Source of the DNA: Isurus oxyrinchus
Lineage: Eukaryota
Length of the DNA: 64,000 nucleotides
Assembly (NCBI GenBank): GCA_026770705.1
Contig: JANJGN010000001.1
Location: forward strand, 208,568,001 to 208,632,000
Direction: 5' to 3'
Under the pieces are notes generated by a model that saw only the letters and a program-made list of their open reading frames with translations, had not been told where the DNA came from and searched no databases. Below are positions 53,000 through 64,000 of this stretch, piece after piece. Both the position numbers and the translations under genes were made by a program. Positions within the stretch are counted from its first letter, which is position 1, and each line of letters starts with the position of its first letter.

Positions 53000-54580
53000 T
53001 GTAACATCTATAGCTTGCATTTATATTGCGCCTTTACCACAGTAAAATATCCCAAGGCACTTCATGGCAATGTTATCAAAAAAAAACTTGACACAAAGCT
53101 ACACAGATGTCATGATAGATGACCAAAAACTTTGTCAAAGGTGTAGGTTGTAAGAACTATCATAAGGAAGAAGAGAGTGGTAAAGAGGCAAAGAGGTTTA
53201 ACGAGGGAATTCCAGAGTTTAGGGCAGTGCTTTCCAAACTTTTTCCCGGTGTGGCTTCATTTGATCCTAGAGTGAAAATTTGAGGGGTACGAGGGTTGTT
53301 TGTGGGGGGTGGGGCAGCTTTAATTTTTGATTGGGGGGAGGGGGATGTCGCAGAACAGGAATTGAGCATGGGGAAAGTTGATGCAAAGGTAGGGTTTCTC
53401 AAAAAAAAAGGAACACCTACCCAGTCATAGGCTTTTTTCTTTTTGCAGCAGCGATAATTGGGCTCCAGTATGCAGTCCATTAGGCCTCACAGCTGTCAGA
53501 AATCAGTCCAAGATCCACGGCTTGCGACACAGCTTGCAACCCCAAAATCATTCTCTTCGGTTTACGCTACACACTCCATTCCTTATCCACCAAATCCATC
53601 ACTTTTCCTGGCAACTGTCTTGAGGCCAAACCAAACCATTTGCAATCTCAGTGTCATATTTGACCTCGGGATGAGCCTCCGATCTTATAACTGCTCCATC
53701 ACCAGGGCTGTTTACTTCCAGCTCAGTAATATCACTCGCTTCTGTTCCAGTCTCAGCGCATTTGTTAAAATATTCATCTATACCCCGCGACCCCACCAGG
53801 AGTCGTGGCTCCAGTTTGGGAAGCTCTGGTTTAGGGCCAAAGCAGCTGAAAGCTAGACTGGAGTGACTAAAATTAGGGATGCACAGGAATCCAAAATTAG
53901 AGGATTGTAGGAAGTTACAAATATAAGGAGGGGCAAGTCCATTACGTATTTGAAAGAAGATAAGAATTTTAAAATTGAGGCATTACGAGAGTGGAGGCTA
54001 GTTTGGTTGGGTAGCATAGGGCTAACAGATAGGGACTTCTGCGAGTCAGTGTAGTGGTAGAAAATTTTTCGATGAACTCAAGTTTACATAGGGTAGAAGA
54101 TGGAAGGTCAGCCAGGTGAATATTGGAATAGTCAAGTCCAGTGGTAACAAAGGTATAGATGAATATTTTAACAAATGCGCTGAGACTGGAACAGAAGCGG
54201 GTGATATTACTGAGCTGGAAGTAAATAGCCCTGGTGATGGAGCAGTTATAATATCAGAGGCTCACCCTTAGGTCAAATATGACACTGAGATTGCAAATGG
54301 TTTGGTTTGGCCTCAAGACAGTTGCCAGGAAAAGTGATGGATTTGGTGGATAAGGAATGGAGTGTGTAGCATAAACCGAATTGAATGACTTTGGCCTTCC
54401 CAATATTTTGTTGGAAGAAATTTCTGTTCTTCCAGTGCTTGGGGTCAGACAAGCTGTGTGACACATCGGAGACAGTGAAAGAGTCAAGAAGGTGGTGAGG
54501 TAGAGCTGCGTGTGTCATCAGCGTGCATGAGGAACCTGACATTGTGTGATTTTGGATGAGGTGGCCAAGGGGGAGTATGT
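53000..54580 (-). mobile_element. L2 LINE 3' fragment interrupted by a hAT MITE
   Basis: LRPNQTICNLSVIFD; tail homologous to 16500-16700. Confidence 0.8.
53225..53828. mobile_element. hAT (Charlie-like) non-autonomous element with captured flanking DNA
   Basis: 16-bp TIRs cagtgctttccaaact / agtttgggaagctctg; perfect 8-bp TSD gtttaggg (53217-53224, 53829-53836). Confidence 0.9.
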
Positions 54581-55889
54581 TATACTCTCAAAGTTTATCT
54601 TTGGAATACTGTAGTAATTGAAAATGACACAGCAGAATGTGGGCGTGTTCACCACCAAGTCCCCAACTTCAAGAAAAATTAGAAATGAAACTCTATTACA
54701 ACTGTATGCTGGCCTTGCACTTCTTTAATTTTTTTTTCCTGATCAGCATTAACCTCAGTACTGAAGTCAGGGATCATGAGCTCAAGTAATGAATACTTCC
54801 ACATCATCTTTCAGCCTTAAAGATGAATGTAGGAATAGAAACAATCCTGCTAATAAACTCAGCAAACATCATCAATTTAGAACCAAGGCATTACTTTTCT
54901 TTTTAGTTTAAGGAATTGGCAGGTACTAAAGTATAACTTACAGAAACAAACTGCTGAGTCCTTCTGGCATATTTCCTTAATATTCACAGCTTTTCATTTC
55001 TATAGAATAATCCTACTGATGTCCCTCAGTGTTGGTGAAAATTAAAGCAAGTGGAAAGGGAGAAGAAATGTGGGACATGAGACTATTTTCCTTTCCAGGT
55101 TACTGAGCCCAAAACCTGCCCATATTAGAAGAATAGGAAGAAAAAGCTCGACTTGAAATTAAATTTAACTGTATAATTCAAGTAGGTGCAAGCTCGCAGC
55201 AAAGATTTGTCCACCTTGGTAATATACTCCAAACTGAGCAACTGACCAAACCTGCAACTCCACTGCAATCAATATACAAAGATCCTTTCAAAGAGCAGTC
55301 TGCAGATTGACAGATCTAAACAAGTAGAATTACATTAAATATTTTCATAGAGCATGATCCCACCCGCACCCCTCCCATTCCTCCTGTGTCACCCCATGAT
55401 TTTCCTTCCCCTTTAAGAATTTTTAAATCATCTTTATAAGGTTCCACATTTTGGAATTCTTGCGCGGATTCCAGGGTTTCATTGCAACAAGTTATTATTG
55501 CGATTTGCAATTTCATTACTGCACATTTGTCTGGAGAAAGCTTGGAATCAATTCCTGTGGAATTCCAATGCAGTATAATTTGCCTGGCAATTTTAACCGT
55601 ACTCCATTTTGATTTATATTTTGGAGCCTTTATGTTAGCAGTGATCTGGGCGGAGCTGAACCAAGCTGACTCTAGATTCTGGAAACTGTAAATGTCACCA
55701 AGACAAGGTCAAGAAAGCATTTCCATTATTATAAAGCAAACCAATTGGTTAACCCTTCATAAGTTATTACTCTTTTTGTAAAAATGAGCTGTATCTTAAA
55801 CTACACAAGATGCCAGATTCTACACAGCATTATACTGTCAAACGGAATAAGAAATGCCAGTTTGTGTCACTGAGTGTTAAAACTGCTTT

Positions 55890-56532
55890 TACATTTGACC
55901 CAGAGATGAGCTTCCAACTTCATATTTGTGCCATCTCTTAAGATCTTTTTCCACTTCTGTAACATTGCAGGACTTTGCTCCATCTCAGTTCATCTGCTGT
56001 CAAAACCATCATTCATGCATTTATTATCTCTAGACTTGACGATTCCAATGCACTCTTGGCCAATTTCCCACATTCCACCCTCTGTAAACTTGAGATCATT
56101 CAAAATTCTGCTGCCCATGTCTTAAATCACAGCAAATCTCATTCCCCTATAAGCCCTATGCTTGCTGACCTTTACTGGCTCCCGGTCAAACAGCATCTTC
56201 ATTTTAAAACTCACATCCTTGTCTGCAAATCCCTCCATGGCCCTGTCCCTCCCCCTCCAACCCCACAACCCTCCAAGATATCTGCACTCCTCTAATACTG
56301 GCCTCTTGCGCATTCCTAATTATAAATGCACCACAATTGGTGCACATGCCTTCAGTTGCCTAGGCCCCAAGCTCTGGAATTCCTTCCCTATACCTCTCTA
56401 GCTTAGTAAAACCAAGCTTTTGATCATCTGACTTAATGTGGCTCGATGTCATACTTTGCTTTATAATGTTCCTGTGAAGCACCATGGGACATTTCACTAT
56501 GTTAAAGGCACCATATAAGTTGTTGCTGTTGT
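55890..56532 (+). mobile_element. L2 LINE 3' end
   Basis: TIIHAFIISRLDDSNALL...LEIIQNSAAHVL...LADLYWLPVKQHLHFK; (TTG)n tail. Confidence 0.9.
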
Positions 56533-57042
56533 TAAGAACATGTTACCTCCTCCAATTTTCTCCATTCCTGATACTTAGCAGAGTTCCTTGGATGCCACCA
56601 GCGACCCAGTACCTCACCCAAGTGGTCATTCTTTATACAAGAGATTTAGGGGTGAGTGTTGGCAGGTTATTTGGGAGATTTTGATCTGAATCCAATCATG
56701 TCCATACATCTATTTATACACATTTTTCAGCAGAAGTCACTGGATAATACTTAGGAGTGGTAATCTTGAATGTATTTTCCCTCCCTAGCCCAATAAGACT
56801 CAGGGCAGCTCAGGCCTTCAATTTCTGTTAAGAATATGCTTTCTTGCACTCTGGCTTCATTTCCTTTGTTTCCATGAAGTGCAGGAATGTGAGGTACTAA
56901 TTCAAAAGGGCATCTACAGTTTTAAAGAAACCATTCTGTTCAGCTATAAAAACAAAAAACTGCAGATGCTGGAAATCCAAAACAAAAACAGAATTACCTG
57001 GAAAAACTCAGCAGGTCTGGCAGCATCGGCGGAGAAGAGCAA

Positions 57043-57081
57043 AGTTGACGTTTCGAGTCCTCCTGACCCTTCAACAGAACT
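57043..57081 (-). ncRNA. Minimal hammerhead-like motif in the RAI14 sense orientation
   Basis: Minus strand AGUU-CUGUUGA-A-GGGUC-aggag-GACUC-GAAACGUC-AACU. Confidence 0.68.
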
Positions 57082-57275
57082 GAGTAAAATTAGGAGAGGG
57101 GTGAAATATAAGCTGGTTTAAGGTGTGGGTGGGGGGTGGTTGTAGGGACAAGCAAGCAGTGATAGGAGCAGATAATCAAAAGATGTCACAGACAAAAGAA
57201 CAAAGAGGTGTTGAAGGTGGTGATATTATCTAAGAGAATGTGCTAATTAAGAATGGATGGCAGGACACACAAGGT

Positions 57276-57633
57276 GCAGCACCGTCCAAGGGCCCAAACA
57301 CTCCTTTCAAGTGAACCAGCATTTCACTTGCATTTCCCCAAACTTAGTCTACTGCATTTGTTGGTCCCAATGCGGTCTCCTCTACATTGGAGAGACCAAA
57401 CGCAAACTGGGCGACCGCTTTGCAGAACACCTGCGGTCGGTCCGCAAGAATGACCCAAACCACCCTGTCGCTTGCCACTTTAACACTCCACCCTGCTCTC
57501 TTGCCCACATGTCTGTCCTTGGCTTGCTGCATTGATCCAATGAAGCTCAATGCAAACTGGAGGAACAGCACCTCATCTTCCGAATAGGCACTTTACAGCC
57601 TTCCAGACTGAATATTGAACTCAACAACTTTAG
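57276..57633 (+). pseudogene. Penelope GIY-YIG endonuclease C-terminal remnant
   Basis: FTCISPNLVYCICWSQCGLLYIGETKRKLGDRFAEHLRSVR...PVACHFN; after an in-frame stop, KLEEQHLIFRIGTLQP. Confidence 0.92.
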
Positions 57634-59090
57634 ATCTTGAACTCCCTCCTCCATCCCCACCCCCTTTCCGTTTCTTCATCCTCCCTTTTGTTTTTTCCAA
57701 TAATTTATATAGATTTTTCTTTTCCCACCTATTTCCATTACTTTTAAATCTATACTTCTTATGCCCTGTTGGCCTCATTTCACCCCACCCCCCCACTAGT
57801 GCTTTACCTTGTGTGTCCTGCCATCCATTCTTAATTAGCACATTTTCTTAGATAATATCACCACCTTCAACACCTCTTTGTTCTTTTGTCTGTGACATCT
57901 TTTGATTACCTGCTCCTTTCACTGCTTGCTTGTGCCTAAAACCACCACCCTCCCCCCCCCAAACTTCTCTTTCCTCCCCCCCCCACCTTAAACCAGCTTA
58001 TATTTCACCCCTCTCCTAATTTTACTCAGTTCTGTTGAAGGGTCATGAGGACTCGAAAAGTCAACTTTGCTCTTCTCCACCGATGCTGCCGGACCTGCTG
58101 AGTTTTTCCAGGTAATTCTATTTTTATTCTGTTCAGCTACTCTAAGCAAAATTTCACACCTTTTCAAATTCGAATCAATGCCACAGATGATGCTGCAGCC
58201 TAAAGTATTCTATGCAATAACTTTCAAGAAACTCATTTGCCATCAAGGATATTATGACTACCTCAAAAACGTAATTTTTGAGAGTGAGGTCAATTATAAA
58301 CATTAAATATTACCTTAACTTGATTTGTACTTTTATGAATTGAGATTACACAGCACCAGACACAAAGCTGGAAGCCTTTTTAAAATGAGTGATGAAAGAC
58401 AGCTGCCCTTTATCCAAAGCTGCTAATTTATTCAGATTGTTTAGCTATCCAATAACCATGCAAAATGGATTTAAAATGCATAGGTTCCTGTGATAATCAC
58501 AACAAACATGTAAGAGTATATTCTGAGAATCTACATTGCAGTTCTGTAGAATTCTAAATTTATTGGAACATTACTGACAATTCAGATTAATCTCTAAACA
58601 CTTCACGTTAAATTTCATGCTAGTTACCAGTGTCAGTTAAAAACAAGTTCTGGTAAAATAATTAATTTCAAAAACTGATTATCACAATTTGTAATAAAGG
58701 ATGTGCCACTGATGCAGTCTTTTCTTCTAAGTCATGTACCAAAAGTAATTTTCAATGGAGTTCTGAGACTAGAAATAATAGAGGCAGATTGTTTATTGTA
58801 TACAGTAAATATTCAGGCCTAACCAAAGATTAATTATTTATTTTAAACAGCATTTCCACTATCAATATAATAACTCCTGCCTTTTGGGTCTGCAGCACTC
58901 ACGGGAGAACAAATCATCAGGAGTTGTACTAAGATCCGATACTGCAGAAATAACACGATTTAAGCCATTATAATTAAAATACATTGAATAATTTAAAAAG
59001 GAATTCATCCCAAACAAACTAGATAACAATTAGAAAATTATGTTCTGTAAGCAGCTTGTTTAAAGCAGGGGCTAGTCTATGGTTCACTTA

Positions 59091-59282
<192 letters not shown>

Positions 59283-60129
59283 TTAACAGCTCAAACACAA
59301 GCAATGCATTAAACAGCAACATAAACAGAGAATTAGAATCTCGTCCGTGACAGGTATTAGATGTTCCCTCCCAGGCTTCAAAAATTTGAAAAGGTAGCTG
59401 AATGAAAAGACCTTACAGTTGACACACATGTCTAGACAAAAGAGGAATTTCAGATCTTGCAAGGCATTCTCCATAACAACGTTTAACTGGACTAGTCAGA
59501 GATCCATCAGTTTGCATATGCTGCACCGCGAATACCACCGAAAACTGCTGACACCAGCCACGTAAGATATTGACTGGCTCTCTGCCTGAAATGATCCTGT
59601 GGGAGCAGCGTTATGCCTCTCTGTGCAAGATTGCTTATAAAACCTGATAAAAAAAAACTCAGCCTGACATTTGCAACACATTTTCCTATTACAACTGTCC
59701 AGACAATGTCTTTTCTTCAGGTTTCACAGCATACATTTTGCATTATCCAATATCTGCAACAAAATAAATAATTCTGGAATATAACTGAATTATGATACAC
59801 ATTAATAGATTTTGCACCAGGGAGTGAATCACATGTGACTTAATGGAGGTTTTGAAATGGTCATCATGGTTGATAACGTTTAGAGTAAATTATAGGTTGA
59901 TTAGCACTTGGAAGAGAGGTAGGTGAAGATCTTATGCGCGATTCTTCACCAGAAATAACAGGTCCATTCAAAACATTAGTGTAGCATTCTTTGACCTGTG
60001 TGTTTCTAGCATTTCTGTTTTCATTTTACCTACACATCATTTTCTCTTAATTCACTTAAATGTTGCTATATAGGTGGTGGTGGCGGCGGCGGCGGTGGTA
60101 GTGGTGGGGGGTTGGGGGGGGGGGGGGGG

Positions 60130-60360
60130 AGATGTGAGGAAGTACATTTTTACACAGCAAGTGGCAATGACCAGGAACTCATCGCCCACGTGGGTGGTGG
60201 GAGCGGAAAAATTGATTTCAAAAGGAAATTGGATAGGCACTTGAAGGAAATAAACTTGCAGGGCTAAGGGGATCGAGCAGGGAAGCGGGACTAACCGGAC
60301 TGCTCTACGGAGAACCTCATGGACTCCTCAGGCTGAATGGTCTCCTTCTGTGCTGTAAAT
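60130..60360 (+). mobile_element. CR1 LINE 3' end
   Basis: gatgtgaggaagtacatttttacacag...gctgaatggtctccttctgtgctgta. Confidence 0.75.
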
Positions 60361-60404
60361 TATTGATTTATTACCTACAGTATTTCTACTTGCTACTTCT
60401 TTTA

Positions 60405-61255
60405 AGTTCTTTCATGGGACGTGAGGATCACTGGCTAGGCCAGCATTTTTATTGCCCACCTCTAAATTGCTCTTGAGAAGGTGGTGGTGAGCTGTGTTAT
60501 TGAACCTCTGCAGTCCATGTGGTGTAGGAACACCTACAATGCTGTAGGGTGAGTGTTCCATGATTTTAGCTCATTGAAATCATATTTCAACAAGGAATGG
60601 TGATATATTTCCAAATCAGGGTGGTGTGTGGGGAACTTTCAGGTGCTGGTGTTCCCACGCATCTGCTATCCTTGTCCTTCTAGGTGGTAGAGGTCATGGG
60701 TTTGGAAGCTGCTGCTGCAGGAGCCTTGGTGAGTTACTGCAGTGCAACTTGTATTTGGTGCATACTGCTGCCACTGTGCATCGGTGGTGGAGGGTGTGAA
60801 TGTTGGAGGTGGTGGATGGGGTGTCAAACAAGCAGGCTGTTTTGTCCTGGGTGGTGTCAAGCTTCTTGAGCGTTGTTGGAGCTGCATTCAAAGAACAAAA
60901 AGTACAGCACAGGAACAGGCCCTTCGGCCCTCCAAGCCTGCGCCGATCATATTGCCTGTCAACTAAAACATTTTGCACTTCCGGGGTCCATATCCCTCTA
61001 TTCCCATCCTATTCATGTATTTGTCAAACTGCCTCTTAAACACCACTATCGTACCTGCTTCCACCACCTCCTCCGGCAGCGAATTCCAGACAATTCATCC
61101 AGGCAAATGGAGAGTTTTCCATCACACTCCAGACTTATGCCTTGCAGGTGGTGGAGAGGCTTTGGGGAGTCAGGAGTTACCCTCTGCAGAATTCCTCAGC
61201 CTCTGGCCTGCTCTTGTAGCCACAGCTGGTTCAGTTAAGTTTCTGGTCAATGACT
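60405..61255 (-). mobile_element. CR1-group LINE 3' fragment (MEYSPLAW family) with a CR1 tail nested at about 60890-61090
   Basis: AAPTTLKKLDTTQDKTACLF; homologous to 27462-28255. Confidence 0.8.
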
Positions 61256-63167
61256 ACTATTAGACCCTTAAATAATATAACAAAGCATAAAATAAAGCTT
61301 TGAATAATTTGGCACTAATTTAGTGTTTCATAATTTTCCATCATGCCGGAATGAGCAGTGAACCAAATTCAAACATCAAAGTTGTCTGAAGTTGTTTCCT
61401 ACTAACTTACGACAAATTTTCTTTGCCCCTTTTTTAATTAGCCTTCAGCATTCTGGGCTATAACTGTGAGGAAAAAAATCCACGGTTCCTGCTCCCATTA
61501 TCCAGTGACCCTGAATAAAAGGCGTACAGTATGGATGGGATTAGATTCAGCTCTAATTGCAAAACCTTCTGATATTCAGGTTCACACTAATTATGGCTGG
61601 TTTACAACTCCATGGCTGCTGACATCCATAGAACTATGTTCTATCGTGAATACTGCCTTCAAGGGGAATGGAGAAACATGGTGGCAGTGGATGGGGCGGT
61701 GGTAGGCTGGGCAGCATATTAAAAACATTGGTGTAAAGCATCACTAAGTAACAGCACAGAAATTTATACCCACAATTCTCCAATGCTGTATTCCCAAACT
61801 CAGTCGCATAATTGCAAAAAAGTATGAAGCTTCTGCAGCGGGAATAGGGGAAGTGATTTTTTTTTAAAAAAAAAGAAACACACAATCATGCCAAGGGGAG
61901 TATTCTTGCATCTTTTAGCTGCTGCCTCCAGAACTATCAGGACAGCAGGTCAATCAAACACTGAACTGCTTAGGGCTACTTGTCAGCAGCTGACAGGGCA
62001 CAAGAAGAAAACTAAAACAAACGAGGAATATGTTAAATTTGCAGCAAATGTAAACATCAACTTAGATTTACATAGCATAAGCTTTCTCACAGTTTTGTTT
62101 CCAAAGTTATTTTTTTCTGAGTTTATCATTGCAGAGGTCTTAAGAAATTTTAGCCGGAATTCCAACTCGAGTTCCTTTCTGTAACCCATGCTGAAAATAT
62201 GTGCATGTCATGCACACAGTCAAACAACAATTCAACACCAAAGATCACAGATTCAGCCCCTTGGGCAACATACCAAGAGCTGTCAGTGGTCATTGAATCA
62301 CACTCTAGCACAAGTTAGCATTTTTAGCAGATAGATATATAGATTATAACACTTTATGTCTTGAGAGCTTCAGAGACAATGAATTACTTTGAACTGGAAG
62401 GATGCGCCTTGCAGGCAAATCAACAGCTTTTTATCCTCATTATAAAACAGTACAAAATATGATGAATGATGTGTTTGCTTCAGTGGCAGAACTTAAGGGA
62501 GGAATGTCGGTCAAAGTGCTGGGAGAATTCCCCGCTCTTTGAACAGTGCCATGGGGTCATTAGTCCATGAAAACAGGCATACAAGAACTTAGTTGCACTC
62601 CTCAACTGAGGGAAAGTACAATCAACAATACTGACCAGCCAAGTGACATGAAGAAGAAAAAAAGGATTTTTTTCAATAAAAAGCTATTCATAGCATCTAG
62701 TAGCATTAGCAATGTATTTGGATATTTTTCAACATTATCTGGAACTTCACATGGTCCATGGGTCCCTGTGATCGGGAACAAAAGTCTTTAAGAGCTCAGT
62801 ACATCTTAATAGCAGTTCATGCACTCCCAGAAGTTTGCGCATCAGTTATTTTAATACCTGGTATTTAAAATCATATTTCAACAAGGAGTTTACATGTGGT
62901 GCAATAACACTGGCACTCACAACTATTCCTGCTTAGATTACATCAAGTACTTTATGAGCATAATAGAAAGAGTGAAAGATAAGAGTTTGCTTTTGTAGGA
63001 ACAAAGGAGCATCAGTACACCATTCAACTCACCGAGCCCACTCCGCCATTCAATACGATCATGGCTCATCATCCACTTGAATGTCTTTTTCCCATACTAA
63101 TCCCATATGCTTTTATGCCAATGGTATTTATAAATCCATCAATCCTTGCTTTGAACATACTCAATGA

Positions 63168-64000
63168 GGAGGGGCAATGGCGTAGTGGTATGGTCACTGA
63201 ACTAGTAATCCAGAGACCCAGGGTTATGCTCTGGGGTTCGAATCCTGCCCACGGCAGATGGTGGAATCTGAATTCAATAAAAATCTCAAATTAAATATCT
63301 AATGACGACCATGAAACCATTGTTGATTGTTGTAAAAACCCATCTGGGTTTCAGGAAATCTGTCGTCTTTACCTGGTCTGGCCTATATGTGACTCCAGAT
63401 CCACAGCAATGTGGTTGAGTCTTAAATGCCCTCTGAAACGGCCAAGCAAGCTCAGTTGTAACAAATAGTGGCAAAGTCACAAAAAAAAATGAAACTAAAC
63501 AGAACACCTGGCATCGATCTAGGCACTGGAAATGATAACATTATTCGAAGCCCTGTCGACCCTGCAAAGTCCTCCTTACTAACATCTGGGAAAGCTGTCT
63601 CACAGAGTAATCAAGCAACAGCCAGACATAGTCATCCACACGGACTCATATCTTACAGATAATGTCCCACACACCACCATCGGTATGTCCAGGACAGACC
63701 CAGCAGAAGTGGTGGCACAGTGGTATACAGTCAGGAGGGAGTTGCCCTAGGAGTCGTCAACATCGATTCCAGACCCCATGAAGTCTCCTGGCATCAGGTC
63801 AAACATAGGCAAGGAAACCTCCTGCTGATTACCATGTCCCACCCTTCCTCAGCTGATGAATCAGTGCTCCTCCAAGTTGAACACCACTTGGAGGAAGCAC
63901 TGAGGGTGGCAAGGATGCAGAACGTACTCTGGACTTCAATGTCCACCACCAAGGAGGGCTTGGTAGCACATGGCTGAGCTGGCAGAGTCCTAAATGACAT
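63168..64000 (+). mobile_element. LINE 5' end: tRNA-derived head, SINE-like body and APE endonuclease remnant (runs off the window)
   Basis: A box TGGCGTAGTGG (63178-63188); B box GGTTCGAATCC (63235-63245); KQQPDIVIHTDSYL; QDRPSRSGGTVVY; EVSWHQVKHRQGNLLLIT. Confidence 0.78.

Larger units (their letters stand above)
56947..58125 (+). mobile_element. Penelope-like retroelement, 5'-truncated, with inverted pLTRs
   Basis: Arms of about 300 bp (56981-57275 versus 57805-58125) are inverted. 14-bp TSD attctgttcagcta (56933-56946, 58126-58139). Confidence 0.93.

Noticed and set aside
5059-58125. Recurring ~100-bp repeat as a CRISPR-like array
   Set aside because: The copies are dispersed, inverted and tied to a GIY-YIG domain. 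They are Penelope pLTRs in a eukaryotic genome.
59283-59474. ORF MENALQDLKF... as an alternative first RAI14 exon
   Set aside because: Its strong donor (AACT|gtaagg) is phase 1 while the downstream exon is phase 0, and it does not resemble the RAI14 start MKSLKAKF as I recall it.
63170-63255. Functional tRNA-Thr gene
   Set aside because: No proper acceptor stem, an oversized variable region and no T-run terminator. It continues into repeat sequence, so it is a retroelement head.

Overview
Eukaryotic (vertebrate) genomic DNA. The repeat content suggests a cartilaginous fish such as a shark (inference). The only host gene is RAI14 (ankycorbin) on the minus strand: six small, phase-compatible GT-AG coding exons encoding its N-terminal ankyrin repeats are spread over about 57 kb, and both ends of the gene lie outside the window. 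The introns are dense with transposons: four co-oriented 2.9-5.4 kb PIF/Harbinger elements (convergent DDE transposase and spliced Myb/SANT genes, all decayed), their MITEs, Penelope-like hairpin elements carrying minimal hammerhead ribozyme motifs, CR1 and L2 LINE fragments, a Tx1 LINE 3' end, a hAT MITE and SINEs. The most notable observations are: (1) hammerheads with a recurrent non-canonical core (CUGUUGA) on both strands of hairpin Penelope elements that have about 14-bp TSDs; (2) an AC-NNN-GY target signature shared by the four large Harbingers; (3) a hAT MITE that has captured an inverted copy of neighbouring DNA; (4) a LINE whose 5' end is a tRNA/SINE head with no ORF1; (5) an unidentified long reading frame replacing the transposase in one Harbinger. 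All alignments were done by eye and no database searches were run.
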